From Phaeosaccion multiseriatum (taxonomy: Eukaryota > Protista > Ochrophyta, other classes): a stretch of DNA of 64,000 bases. Below are positions 12,517 through 23,188 of this stretch, piece by piece. The stretch spans positions 3,038,001-3,102,000 of the forward strand of contig OZ218962.1 in the NCBI GenBank assembly GCA_965112735.1, read 5' to 3'. The notes under the pieces are model-generated. The model had not been told where the DNA came from. It made no database searches and saw only the letters and a list, made by a program, of their open reading frames with translations. How positions within the stretch are numbered: the stretch's first letter is position 1; each line of letters starts with the position of its first letter. The position numbers and the translations under genes are program-made.

Positions 12517-12710
12517 TCCTCCTGCCCAGCCTCCCTCCTGACCCTCCATTCTCAGTCTCGAGTTCCCCTCCGATGTAGCGGAGTCGCATCATCCCTCCTC
12601 ACCAGAGCATCACCTGCAGCCCCTCGGGTAGATCTGCAGGCAGCGGGCAGTTCATTCCAACCGCGAGCTCCCTCAGGCCACCAGCAGAGGCAGGCTCTCC
12701 AAAGGCAATT
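12517..12710 (-). pseudogene. 3' remnant (C-cap + 3' UTR) of an FNIP-repeat gene
   Basis: Nearly identical to about 16004-16190 (cctcctgcccagcctccctcctgaccctccattctcag...tcaccagag..tcacctgcagcccctcgggtagatctgcaggcagcgggcagttcattcc). Confidence 0.9.
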
Positions 12711-12739
12711 TTCACAGATTGTTAGGCTCATCCACGCAC

Positions 12740-12872
12740 CCACGAACCCTCAACCGGACCACCACTCCCCCCTCCCGAGCAGGCGGGGGAGTAACAGGCC
12801 CCCAGTGGGCCCCAGATACACACACTCTCTCTCTCTTTCAGTTTCTTGGGTGATTCCTACTAAGTCAATAAA
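12740..12872 (+). mobile_element. Short diverged 3'-end fragment of the RT-RLE non-LTR family
   Basis: gggggagtaac..gccccc..tgggcccc.agatacacac...tttcagtttcttgggtgattcctactaagtcaataaa parallels 55825-55954. Possible 8-bp TSD ccacgcac at 12732-12739 and 12877-12884. Confidence 0.75.
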
Positions 12873-13791
12873 TATCCCACGCACAACCAGGCACGCGGCA
12901 CGCACGCACCCGCACCCCTCAGTAGGCTGGACTGGGGCAGACGGTGTTCCGGTGTGTGTAGCATGAGCCGCAGCAAAAGAGGGCATGACTGGGATGTTAA
13001 AGGTCAGAGAAGAGAATTCTCTGCCGGGGGAGTGCCGTCCTTTATTCCGCCCTCCCGATGTGATGGATCACACTGGCGTAAGATTAAGTAAGTATCGGCC
13101 CAAGAGGGAGCGCGGCATTCAGGCTCGCCTGCCCCTGACAGAGTCGTGTGGCGTGGCTTCTTGGCTTGTTGGTTGTTCAGACACTTTATATTGTGATTGC
13201 ATGGCTACGCTTCGCTTCAAGCGCTAAAAAGATGAGATGCGTATCGTATATACGACGATAAGCCCTCTCGATAAACCCACTCCTCAGTGCACTGCTCGCA
13301 CTGCTGTGGCTGATGCTTGACACACCCACTCTCCCCCACATATACAAAAGAGGGGGAGCGCTCCCTACCTGCTCCACTCGACAGGCCCGGCCGTTCTGCC
13401 CGCCGCGAGCAGCAGCTGTCCCTTCACTCTCCCCTGCCCCGAGCGAGCTGTCTTATACGATAGCTACCTCTTCCTGTGCCTTGCAAATGCCCAGTGGCTC
13501 ACTGCTCAGCGGTTCAGCGGCTTAGCTGCCGACTCGGCTCGTGAGCATGTCCTGATGCATCATGGCCGAGCGGAGACCCTCCTCCTCCTCCTCCTACGAC
13601 GACGACGACGACGATGACGACGACGACGACGATGAACCCCATCCGCATGGGCCTTTCCTCGCTCCTCCTCCCTCTGTACAGGGTACAGAAAGCAGAGTGC
13701 CGGAACATGGACCAAGGGGGCACCTCTCTGTAGTAGAGGCCGCACGGAGCTGCACCCACCTACCTACCTACCTATCTACCAACCAACCTAC

Positions 13792-15033
13792 CTACCCATC
13801 TACCCGTGACTGATGGTGATTGATGGATTGAACAAGGTTGCTGCTCATGTGAGCAGCTTTTGGACTCGCTGCAATCCTTGACGGATGGACTTGAAGAAGC
13901 TTGCTATTCATGTGAGCGGCTTTTGGACTCGCTGCAAGACTTGACGGATGGACTTGGAGAAGATTGCAACTCATATGAGTAAGAAGCTTGCTGCTCATCT
14001 GAGCGACTGTTGGAGCGGCTCCGACACTGGCGACACTGCGGGCGCCGGCGCCCGAGGACTCTCTCCGAGTGAGCGGCCCTCGCAGCACGCCGTAGAACAC
14101 TGTCAAAACCCACAACATAGCGAACGATCTGCCCAATACGAGCGATGCAGAAGGTCTCTCACGCATCCATGTCTTCATAGGGTCCACGAGGGTGATGACC
14201 GTGAAGACTACAGTCGAGGCCCAACAGGCGCTGGTGAGACAGAGCATGTACTTACATTGCGTCTTGATCTTGCGCAAGTCTGGTGAGAGCGGCGGGGGCA
14301 TACTCCTTAGCATGCCCAACATACAGGTGGTCGCCACGATGATGGCCCCAGCGCACCCGCTGATGGCTGGCTGGGTCAGAGCCACGAACGTACAGAAGAT
14401 GATGTACGATGGGAGAAAAAGAAGCACAATGCACGAAGACGCCGCTGCTAAAGCCATAGCTGCGAGGACGAGCCAAAATCGGCGCTCAACAATGTCTCGA
14501 AGCCGGAGTACGGTGGGCATGCGGTGCAGGAGGCTTCGCGGTAGGGCGGCAAGCCAGAGACGAACAACCAGCCATGCGTTTACTATGACGCACCCCATGC
14601 AGAATCCAAGAGAACTCCAGGCCAAGGAGTGGTCCAGCGGCCCTGTCCCATTAGCGAGTCTTCCTATTGGGATGGACGATCCCGTCAACGAGAAGGAGAA
14701 GCAAACCACTGCCCCGATGAGCCTGGTTTGGGCCGTCCCCGTCTTGGTCTCCCGCAACAGTGCCGTCACTCCTCCCCTACGCCACACATGCCTGCCGAGA
14801 ACAAACACCACATCGACCAAGTGGACTGCGGCGACGGTCAGCATCACCATCTCGGGCACATCGAGGTACGCCTTGGCTACACAAGCACTCTCCCCCACCA
14901 TGTTCTGGTCGTAAAAACCATCCCCGCAGCCCGAGCACGTCCCAGCATCTTCGTCGCACACGCCTTCGCTCTGACTTGTACGGCCGAAGGTCGCGGCCGC
15001 CTCTTCGCGGCACGCCAGCACACACGCAGACAT
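13792..15033 (-). CDS. Intronless 413-aa putative 7TM membrane protein with Cys-rich (EGF-like) N-terminus and 21-aa C-terminal repeats
   Basis: Complex-sequence ORF with about seven hydrophobic stretches judged by eye, N-terminal GVCDEDAGTCSGCGDGF...C, and tail repeats HMSCNLLQVHPSSLAASPKAA / HMNSKLLQVHPSRIAASPKAA. Confidence 0.75.
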   Translation of the reverse strand: MSACVLACREEAAATFGRTSQSEGVCDEDAGTCSGCGDGFYDQNMVGESACVAKAYLDVPEMVMLTVAAVHLVDVVFVLGRHVWRRGGVTALLRETKTGTAQTRLIGAVVCFSFSLTGSSIPIGRLANGTGPLDHSLAWSSLGFCMGCVIVNAWLVVRLWLAALPRSLLHRMPTVLRLRDIVERRFWLVLAAMALAAASSCIVLLFLPSYIIFCTFVALTQPAISGCAGAIIVATTCMLGMLRSMPPPLSPDLRKIKTQCKYMLCLTSACWASTVVFTVITLVDPMKTWMRERPSASLVLGRSFAMLWVLTVFYGVLRGPLTRRESSGAGARSVASVGAAPTVAQMSSKLLTHMSCNLLQVHPSSLAASPKAAHMNSKLLQVHPSRIAASPKAAHMSSNLVQSINHHQSRVDG

Positions 15034-15199
15034 GGGCGCTGCTTCTTCGCTCTACTCTTGTGGCTTCACCTTGTGTGTGAATCGGTAAATTCTGACATTA
15101 TTTCTGAAACGGCAAGCCTCGGTCTTTTTGTTGCCGTCGATTGCCGGTCACCTACCTACATGAACCTACAAAACGCTACCAAAAACGGTTGACTCTCCT

Positions 15200-15770
15200 C
15201 CCCTTGACGCTCCTCTCCGTCCCTCCTGTCGCTCGGCCCTCACTTAGACTTAGGCAACCTCTTGTACCCTCCCCGCCGCTGTCGGCGCTGCTCCTGCCCT
15301 GGATCTGGCCCTCCTGCTGCCTCCCTCTTCCCTCTCCTTCCCCACCCACCGCCCTCCGAACAGCCCATCCTTCCAAGCAGCTCATCACTACTCCAAGTGG
15401 TTGTCTGTACCCAAAAAAAAAAAAAAAAAAAAAAATTAAGCTAGCTCACGCTCGGCACTCGGCCCTTCCGTAACCTCACTGACTGAGTTACTAACACCAT
15501 GCAGTCCCTGCTGAGGTGTAAAGAGCGCAGCGACCACAAAGAGGACGGCGAGAAGGGCAGCATCTTTACCGGGCAGCGACCGCCTCTGCTGGCTCCCCCG
15601 TCGCGGTCATCATGGCCGAACCCGCTCTCCCTCCCCTGCTCTTCCGATCAGCCCTGACTCCGAAGCCTTGCTGCCCTTGTCCCACAATGCTGCTGCTGCT
15701 GCTGCTGCTGCTGCTGTGACCCTGCGGGGGGTGGGGCCATGCACCGAAAGAGAGGCATACGGGCATCCAA
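15200..15770. repeat. Diverged direct duplication of 18675-19352 (intergenic block plus 3' tail of the membrane-protein gene)
   Basis: ccttg.cgctcctctccgtc...ctgtcgctcggccctcact and tgctcctgc.ctggatct.gccctcct occur at about 15200-15320 and 18675-18790. agtccctgctgaggtg..aagagcgc.gcgaccacaa.gagga.ggcgag occurs at 15503 and 19121. Confidence 0.85.
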
Positions 15771-16085
15771 GTCAGTTGGGGAAAACCGAGAGAGCAGCAG
15801 AGACCGAACCGCCGTGCCCATTCTTCCTCTGGAGATACAGCCACACGCAGCAAGTCAGGCTTGCTTCCAGAAGGGGGATAAGGGCCAACCAAGTCTCAGC
15901 CGTGCTAAGACCCTTACTCTCAGCCTGCCAAGACCCTAGGTCTCCGACCCTGACCCTGACGCACCTTGGCGCTTCACCCTCAAGGCACATCTCCTTCCTC
16001 CCTCCCTCCTGCCCAGCCTCCCTCCTGACCCTCCATTCTCAGCCTCGAGTTCCCCTCCGATGTAGCTGAGTCGCATCATCCCTCC

Positions 16086-18224
16086 TCACCAGAGGATCAC
16101 CTGCAGCCCCTCGGGTAGATCTGCAGGCAGCGGGCAGTTCATTCCCCCCATGAACTCCCTCAGGCCAGCAGGCAGGCTCTGGAAAGGGCAGGTGTAATGC
16201 GATGACAGTATCAGAGTCCGCAGAGAAGCAGGCAGCTTCAGAGGGTGGTTAAAGCACTTCCCCATCATCACGTCCTCCACACCACAAGGAAGGTCCAATT
16301 GCTGATTGAATTCAGAGTTCCAGACAAACTTGATCTTCTTCAGCGAGGCAGGTAGGTCCAGAGGGAGGTCAAACTCAAGCCCCATGTGCACCTCCTCCAC
16401 ACCACAAGGAAGGTCCAAGTGCTGATTGAAGAGTGAGTCATACCCAAATCTGATCTTCTTGAGTGAAGCAGGCAGCTCCAGAGGGAGGTTAAAGTAAGAC
16501 CCCATCTCCACCTCCTCCACACCGCAAGGAAGGACCACGCGGTGATTGAACTTCGAGGCTTCATCAAATCTGATCTTTTTGAGCGAGTTAGGCAGCTTCA
16601 GAGGGTGGTTAAACTCCACACCCATGAACACTTCCTCCACGCCACAAGGAAGGTCCACGTGCTGATTGAACTTCGTGCTAAATTTGATCTTCTTGAGCGA
16701 AGCAGGCAGCTCCAGAGGGAGGTTAAAGTATTTCCCCATGTCCACCTCCTCCACACCGCAAGGAAGAACCACGTGCTGATTGAAGTGAAAGTCGAAGTCG
16801 ATCTTCTTGAGCGAAGCAGGCAGCTCCAGAGGGAGGTTAAAGTGCTTCCCCATCTGCACCTCCTCCACACCGCAAGGAAGGTCCAAGGGCTGCTTGAAAT
16901 TTGACCACAGGGCAAATCTGATGCTCTTGAGCGAGCCAGGCAGCTCCAGAGGGTGGTTAAAGTCCCCACCCATCACCACCTCCTCCACACCACAAGGAAG
17001 GACCAGGGGCTGATTGAACATATCTCCAAACTTGATCTTCTTGAGCGAGGCAGGCAGCTCCAGAGGGAGGTTAAAGTCATGCCCCATCACCACCTCCTCC
17101 ACACCACAAGGAAGGTCCAGCTGCTGATTGAACTGTGACTTCCAGCCAAACTTGATCTTCTTGAGCGAGGCAGGCAGCTCCAGAGGGAGGTTAAAGTCAA
17201 ACCCCATCTCCACCTCCTCCACAGCACAAGGAAGAACCAAGTGCTGATTGAACTTCTCGCCAAGTCTGATCTTCTTGAGCGAGACAGGCAGCTTCAGAGG
17301 GTGGTTAAAGCACTTCCCCATCTCCACCTCCTCCACACCACAAGGAAGGTCCAAGTGCTGATTGAACTGTGAGGCCTCATCAAATGCGATCTTCTTGAGC
17401 GAGGCAGGCAGCTCCAGAGGGAGGTTAAAGCACTTCCCTATCACCACCTCCTCCACACCACAAGGAAGGTCCAATTGTTGATTGAACTCATTTCCAAATT
17501 TGATCTTCTTGAGCGAAGCAGGCAGCTCCAGTGGGAGGTTAAACGCATGCCCCATCACCACCTCTTCGAGTGTGCCAGGTAGAGACACGTTGGCATGGTT
17601 GAAGTAGTCAGAGAAACGCACACGCTTGACCGATGCTGGCAGCAGCGCCAGTGCCTTCGTCGCCAGAGACTTGTCAGCACACACGTTGGCTGTGTTCCTC
17701 AATTCCATGAAATGCCTGATGCCGAGCTCCACAGTCACGACGTGAAAGAAGCCTCCCTCGCCTTGATGTCCAGCCTCATTTCGCTGCCTCTGCCCAAGCT
17801 TCTGCTGCTCTTCCTGCTTTTCCCTATTCCTCCCTGACCTCCTTCGCACCCCCTCCGCCAGATCGCGTTCCTCACAACCATCACCACCAGCAGCAGAGGC
17901 AGCAGTAGACAGCACAGCTGCTGATGAAGAAGTAAAAGCGGCCCTTCTCTCATCCTTTCCCTGCTGTCGCTCCAGCATACGCAGGCTGCGGTGCTGGACA
18001 TCTTCGGGCATGCTGGTGCTGATTTCCAGAGTGCGGGAGGTGACCTCATCCACCTCCTTGCACACTCCCCACAGAGCTTTGTTCGAAATGAGCCCCGCCA
18101 CGGTTCGAAGAGCCGCGGGCCCTTCACTAGCCACAGCATGGCATTCGTTCATTGTCCTTCCCCCCGCGAAACTCTTCTCCAGTCCTCCTGTCCTCGGGCC
18201 CTCAATGGCACCGCCCTTCTCCAT
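16086..18224 (-). CDS. Intronless FNIP-type LRR protein (~24 alternating 19/21-aa repeats) with F-box-like N-terminal motif
   Basis: Alternating FNLPLELPASLKKIxFxxx and FNQxLxLPCGVEEVxMGxx units resembling FNIP (PF05725). N-terminal LRTVAGLISNKALWGVCKEV resembles the C-terminal half of an F-box. Confidence 0.88.
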   Translation of the reverse strand: MEKGGAIEGPRTGGLEKSFAGGRTMNECHAVASEGPAALRTVAGLISNKALWGVCKEVDEVTSRTLEISTSMPEDVQHRSLRMLERQQGKDERRAAFTSSSAAVLSTAASAAGGDGCEERDLAEGVRRRSGRNREKQEEQQKLGQRQRNEAGHQGEGGFFHVVTVELGIRHFMELRNTANVCADKSLATKALALLPASVKRVRFSDYFNHANVSLPGTLEEVVMGHAFNLPLELPASLKKIKFGNEFNQQLDLPCGVEEVVIGKCFNLPLELPASLKKIAFDEASQFNQHLDLPCGVEEVEMGKCFNHPLKLPVSLKKIRLGEKFNQHLVLPCAVEEVEMGFDFNLPLELPASLKKIKFGWKSQFNQQLDLPCGVEEVVMGHDFNLPLELPASLKKIKFGDMFNQPLVLPCGVEEVVMGGDFNHPLELPGSLKSIRFALWSNFKQPLDLPCGVEEVQMGKHFNLPLELPASLKKIDFDFHFNQHVVLPCGVEEVDMGKYFNLPLELPASLKKIKFSTKFNQHVDLPCGVEEVFMGVEFNHPLKLPNSLKKIRFDEASKFNHRVVLPCGVEEVEMGSYFNLPLELPASLKKIRFGYDSLFNQHLDLPCGVEEVHMGLEFDLPLDLPASLKKIKFVWNSEFNQQLDLPCGVEDVMMGKCFNHPLKLPASLRTLILSSHYTCPFQSLPAGLREFMGGMNCPLPADLPEGLQVILW

Positions 18225-18280
18225 TTTTTTGCGCTGTTGCGCCTGTTATTATCTCGTTGATGTCTGTCACACCTGTTCTC

Positions 18281-18469
18281 TGTGTCTCCGGGGCCCTCGA
18301 GCCCCCCTCCGCTGGCTGGGATGGATTCTACCCGTGTCCGGTCACAGATGGTTGGTCTCTCAATTCTCCTTTCTTCTTCTGGGGAGAGGGAGTACAGGTC
18401 CGACGCCGCGGTTGAGCCGGCCCAGAAAGGCGCGCTCTCGCTCCGAGAGCCACATCTGGTGGTTGCAGC
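18281..18469 (-). mobile_element. 3' fragment of the same RT-RLE non-LTR family, directly upstream of the FNIP ORF
   Basis: Reverse strand encodes CNHQMWLSERERAFLGRLNRGVGPVLPLP (cf. CSHQMWLSERERAFLGRLNRGAGPALPLP at the end of 53339-55834). 18281-18301 is the exact reverse complement of 55842-55862. Confidence 0.92.
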
Positions 18470-18917
18470 GAAGGAAGTGGTGGCAGAGAGCACATAAAGC
18501 TGGAATTTCTTCTGGCAGACATGAAACTGGAATTCTTCGTGTTGGAGCAGACTTGGAACTTTAAATTACACACGCTAAGAGGTGCCTCTGTGTAGAAAGT
18601 AGTTGCTATCTCTACCTCTCCCGACTCTGCCATTGCTCAGCTTCCCTGTCCCCTGCGACAGCTGTGCCGCTTTCCTCCTTGCCGCTCCTCTCCGTCGCTG
18701 CTGTCGCTCGGCCCTCACTGAAGCTCATCCCTCTCCCCTCTCGGCCTCTCGGATTCAGTTGCTCCTGCGCTGGATCTTGCCCTCCTACCTCCCTCTCCAT
18801 CCCCACCACCCTCCAGCGCTACTCGCCGCACTGCGCCAAGGAAATGCAGTGGGGGGGTGAGAGAAATTAGAGGCATATTATGATGGGCAGGCAGGGCACT
18901 CGCGTCCCTCCGTAGCT

Positions 18918-19367
18918 TCACTGACCGACTTCCTGACACCAGGCACCAGGCACTGACCTGTTGGTGGGGCTGCTGCGGGTGGGCGGCGCTCCTCGGTAGG
19001 CGCGTCGAGACGAGTGCGAGACCACACCCCCTCGAGACACCCCCTCGGGACCTCCTGCGGCGAGGCTTCGGGCGGCATTGCCTAGGATGCCCTGCCCCGC
19101 TCCGCCCTCACCGAGTGAGGAGTCCCTGCTGAGGTGCGAAGAGCGCGGCGACCACAAGGAGGAGGGCGAGGAGGGCGGCGGAAAGCGTATGCTCATCATA
19201 GCTGAGGCTGAGCCCGAGGAGGAAGGTCGAGGCGAAGGCGGAAAGGAATACTTCAGGCTCGGAGCTGCTCCGTCTGCTTCATGTGGGGGTGGCTGTATCA
19301 CCAACTGCTGCTGGTCTCGCCCTGAGGGGGTGGGGAAGGCATGCGGGCATACAAATGAGTATTGGAG

Positions 19368-19404
<37 letters not shown>

Positions 19405-19972
19405 CAGCGCAGAAGAGTCTCTGGAGCTGACGAAGTCTCCGCAGGCATTGCTTGAACAGAACAAGGGTCTCTAAGGCTGATGAAGTTACCTGTCTCCGCT
19501 CTCCCGGGGGGCAGAAGTTCCCGTCCCGAGTCTGCTCCCCGGAGAGGCAGGGGGGGGGGGCAGCGCGAGGGGGGGGGGACCACCGAGGAGGGTCTCAAGG
19601 GTCCCAAGGGTGCTGCTGCAGGGGTGTGTGCTGAGATGGGGCCTGGGCGTCGAGAGGGACGGCGGCGCTGGGGAATCTGCTGCTGTTCAGACCTCTTCCT
19701 GTGAAGCTCGCGGAAGCTCTCGTCGGGCACCATCGCGCTCCTCTCCACCACCTCCTCGTCCTCCTCCTCCTCCTCCTCCTCCTCCTCCTTCTCACTCTGC
19801 TGCCAGCCTGTTGTCAGCCTAAGCATTCTGTCTTGCAGACGCTCCGTCGAGGAGCAGCCGCGGCGCTTCGTGCTGTGGTTGTGGTTGTGGGGAGCGCCCT
19901 CTGCCTCTCCTTGCTCCCCCGGGGGACTGAAGTTCGCCCCTGTCTCGTCATTGAGGACGAGACCCCTCCAGC

Positions 19973-20007
<35 letters not shown>

Positions 20008-20200
20008 GGCTGCTGCTGCTGCTGCTGCTGCCTAGGGCCTGCCTCGTGCATGTCATCCCCTCCCCCCTCTTGTCCCTTGCCCCCCCCCCTGCCGAAGGTC
20101 TTTCCATATGCCTCTACCCGCTTCGCCAGGCCCCTGAAGCCCACACTCACCCCAGCCGCTGCTGCTGCTGCTGCTGCTCCTGCTGCTGCTGCTGCTGCTG

Positions 20201-20235
<35 letters not shown>

Positions 20236-22760
20236 GCGCCTGCATATGTATGCTGCTCCGCTCCAAGTGTTGCTTCATCCACTGATGATACTGCTGCTGC
20301 TGCTGGTGGTGGTGGTGGTTGTGGTGGTGCTGCTGCTGCTGGTGCTGAGGGGGGGGGGAGGGCATGAGGGTCGGTGATGGGTTGCTCCCCACTTTGCCCG
20401 CCACCCTCCCCTCCGGCCACGACGTCGTCGATTGCTTGGCACACCCGTGAGCGGCGAACGTTCCTCCACGTGGTGCGAAGAACGATCCTCACGGTCAAGC
20501 TCACGCCTTCCCAGGAGGAGGCAACACGTGCAGCAGCGCCAGTAGTGTGCGGAGGGCCGAAGGAAGAATCACCACCACCACCACCACCACCACCACCACC
20601 AGTAGCAGCAGCAGAAGAAGAAGGTGATGCCGCGTGGTTCCCTCTGACGCATGCACTCCAGCAAACCTTCTCCCGGCGGCCGCCCCTGACCCAAGCAATG
20701 CCTCGCGCGGCCCGGAGCAGAAACCACGGAAGGGCGCCCACGACGACGGTCACGAGCAGGAGCAGGAGAACAACCATAGCATAGTGCCAGCTCTGTGCAT
20801 GGACACGCACGTGCGACACATGGGAGAGGGAGGGGTGAGGAGCATCAAGAGGGTTGAGCAAAAAGAGCCGGAGATGTGATTAGATCGGAGGCAGAGAGAT
20901 GTTGGACTAAGTATCCAGCTTGAGCTTCAACAGCACTCATATGAACGATTTCGTACCTCAATGGCCCCCTCCTCTGTGGCTCTGCCCGTGTACGTGACAG
21001 TCACGGCGTCGCTGTAGGCCCCTGGCAGCAGCAGCAAGGAGGGCCTCAGCTCATCAAAGGTACGGGTGCGAGTCGTGTCATTCGCTGCCCCTGCGGAGGG
21101 GGTGGGGCCGGCAGGGCCGGCAGGGCTGCTCACTCGAACGTCGCTCAGACTCATGCCCACATCAACGGTGTCCGACACTCCGAGAGCGGCTCCGAACTCA
21201 GCTGCGGGTGTTGTTCGATGATTACGTAACGAGAGGCGGAGGGGAGGAGGGAGAAGGATAACGTATTTTTAAGCGGTGTGGATGAGAGCATTCGTCAGCG
21301 GAGCCAACGAGAGGAGGGACACAAGTACTCCCACAAGTACTCCCAGCACTCCCACAAGTACTCCCAGCACTCCCACAAGTACTCCCAGCACTCACCCCAA
21401 GCCGCGGCATCTTGCAGGACGTCCACAGAGCTCAGCGCACGTGACAGGTCTGAGAACTCCGCGCCGAATCGGAAGCTGCTCACGCTCCCTGCGCCTTGAT
21501 CTGTCGAAGCTGAGGGAGCTGCTGACACTCGTATTTCGATGGTGGTGAGGGTTGCGTATTGTCCAAGCAAAGCGGAGAGGGCGGAACTCAACAGCTCCCC
21601 CCCCTCCCCTCCTCCCTCCTTCTCCAGCAGGAGGGCGGGCACATTGAGCACCCCAGTGAGCAGCACAGAAGGAGGGGCGGTCAACGCCGCTATGGGTGCG
21701 ACTGTCAGAGCTGCTGTTGGTGCTGCTGTTGGTGCGGGTGTTGGTGCGGGTGTTGGAGCTGCCGTTGGCGCTGCTGTTGCGGGCACAGTTGGGGGCTGGC
21801 GAAGGGAAAGGGGACAAGAAATGCAGAACCACTTCATTGAACAAAACATTCCACCAGCCCGTGAGCGCTTCCATCCTTCGTCCACACGTACCTCCGTCAG
21901 CGCTTCCGTCTCCACCGGTGTGGGCGTTGGGGTGCCCTCCCCCTCATCCGAAGGGCAAGCAATGTCTTCGTAGCCTTCGAAACCGCAGTAGCGACAGTCC
22001 GGAACGTTCCCCGCTCCACAGCCCAGGCCGCCGTTCTCCCAGCAACTGGAGGAAGGGTGTGTCGTCGAGGTGCGTCAGGAGGAGCAACAGCGCAAGTGAA
22101 GCGAAGAGTGAGTGAGAGAGATGGGGAAGGGAAAGAAAGAGCGGGAGAGGAGGAAGCCCTACGAAACAAGCGGGACAACTCTTACGAAAGAACGTGGCCA
22201 CCAAGCCACGAGAGGACTCAGGTGAAGTGAGTGAAGGAGCCTCATGCATCTACTTGGGGCTTACGTGGCATCGGTGAAGCACCTTTGGCCTTGCGCCTCA
22301 TCACACACGCAGGGTGCAGTCTCCCGCTCAGCGGGGGGGGGCGTCGGGGGGACACACTGGGGGGGGGGGGGTTGAGGTGTGTGGGCAGACAGGGAGGGGG
22401 GCGGGGAGAGGGCACAGGGGACACACACAGGGCCAGAGGGGAGTGAGAAGTGGGAAAGAGAGGAGGCGAGGAAGGGGGGAACGGAGGCCCGCATCCCTCC
22501 ATGCCCTTCCGAGACGGAGAACCCATTGGCCGTGTGAGTGGTGCGCACAGCAACACCAAACAACAAAACTCTCCACCCACGTCGCCTAAACAACACTCCT
22601 TTACCTGCGAGAATGCGTCGGACACGAAGACGCACTCGGCGGCTTCCCCACTCTCGCCATCACAACAATCGCCACTGAAGGTGATGGTGCTGCCATCTCG
22701 GCCCACAATGCTCCCAGCACACTGGCCCAAATTGACAATGCAGCTCACTGCGTCGCCCAT
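18918..22760 (-). CDS. Spliced single-pass membrane protein: Cys-rich ectodomain, Pro/Thr/Ala mucin-like stalk, TM helix, low-complexity cytoplasmic tail
   Basis: Exon pieces join as MGDAVSCIVNLGQC...CCDG..., CVCDEAQGQRCFTDA|TCWENGGLGCGAGNVPDCRYCGFEGYEDIAC, PTAAPTPAPTPAPT, ...EEGAIE|SWHYAMVVLLLLLVTVVVGALPWFLL. Some boundaries and the true start are uncertain. Confidence 0.65.
21320..21392. repeat. 21-bp tandem repeat (tcccacaagtactcccagcac) x3+ in intron
   Basis: Directly visible. Confidence 0.9.
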
Positions 22761-23153
22761 GGCTGGCGTGCTCTGCTGTTCAGCAAGAAGGAAGCGCCTA
22801 CGGGGCTATCCGATGCCCTTGACTCCTTCTGGCAGCAAGGCTGTCTTGTGGAGATGGGAGAGTTGGCTTCGCGCTTAATTGACTTCCTCGTTCGCGCCCT
22901 TTTCCTCCCCCTTTCACATTGTCCATCTCTGCCCAATGAAAGGCTATCCTGGCTCTGTCCTCCGCCTTATCTTCCCTCTCCTCCTCCCCCTTTCTCCGTG
23001 CGGTTGCTGCATCTTCCCAAGGATCTTTTCTCGCTGAAGAGAATCCACCTCCTGGAAAGGGGGTGTTTTCTTGTAGTCTTTAACACAAAGCACAAGGAAC
23101 GCAAAGCACTAGGAACTCTGGGTAGAGAGAGAGAGAGAGAAGAGAGAGAGAGA

Positions 23154-23188
<35 letters not shown>

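Noticed and set aside
15200-19352. LTR pair of an LTR retrotransposon
   Set aside because: The repeats are diverged and include host coding sequence, with no TG..CA ends, PBS/PPT or gag-pol recognised.
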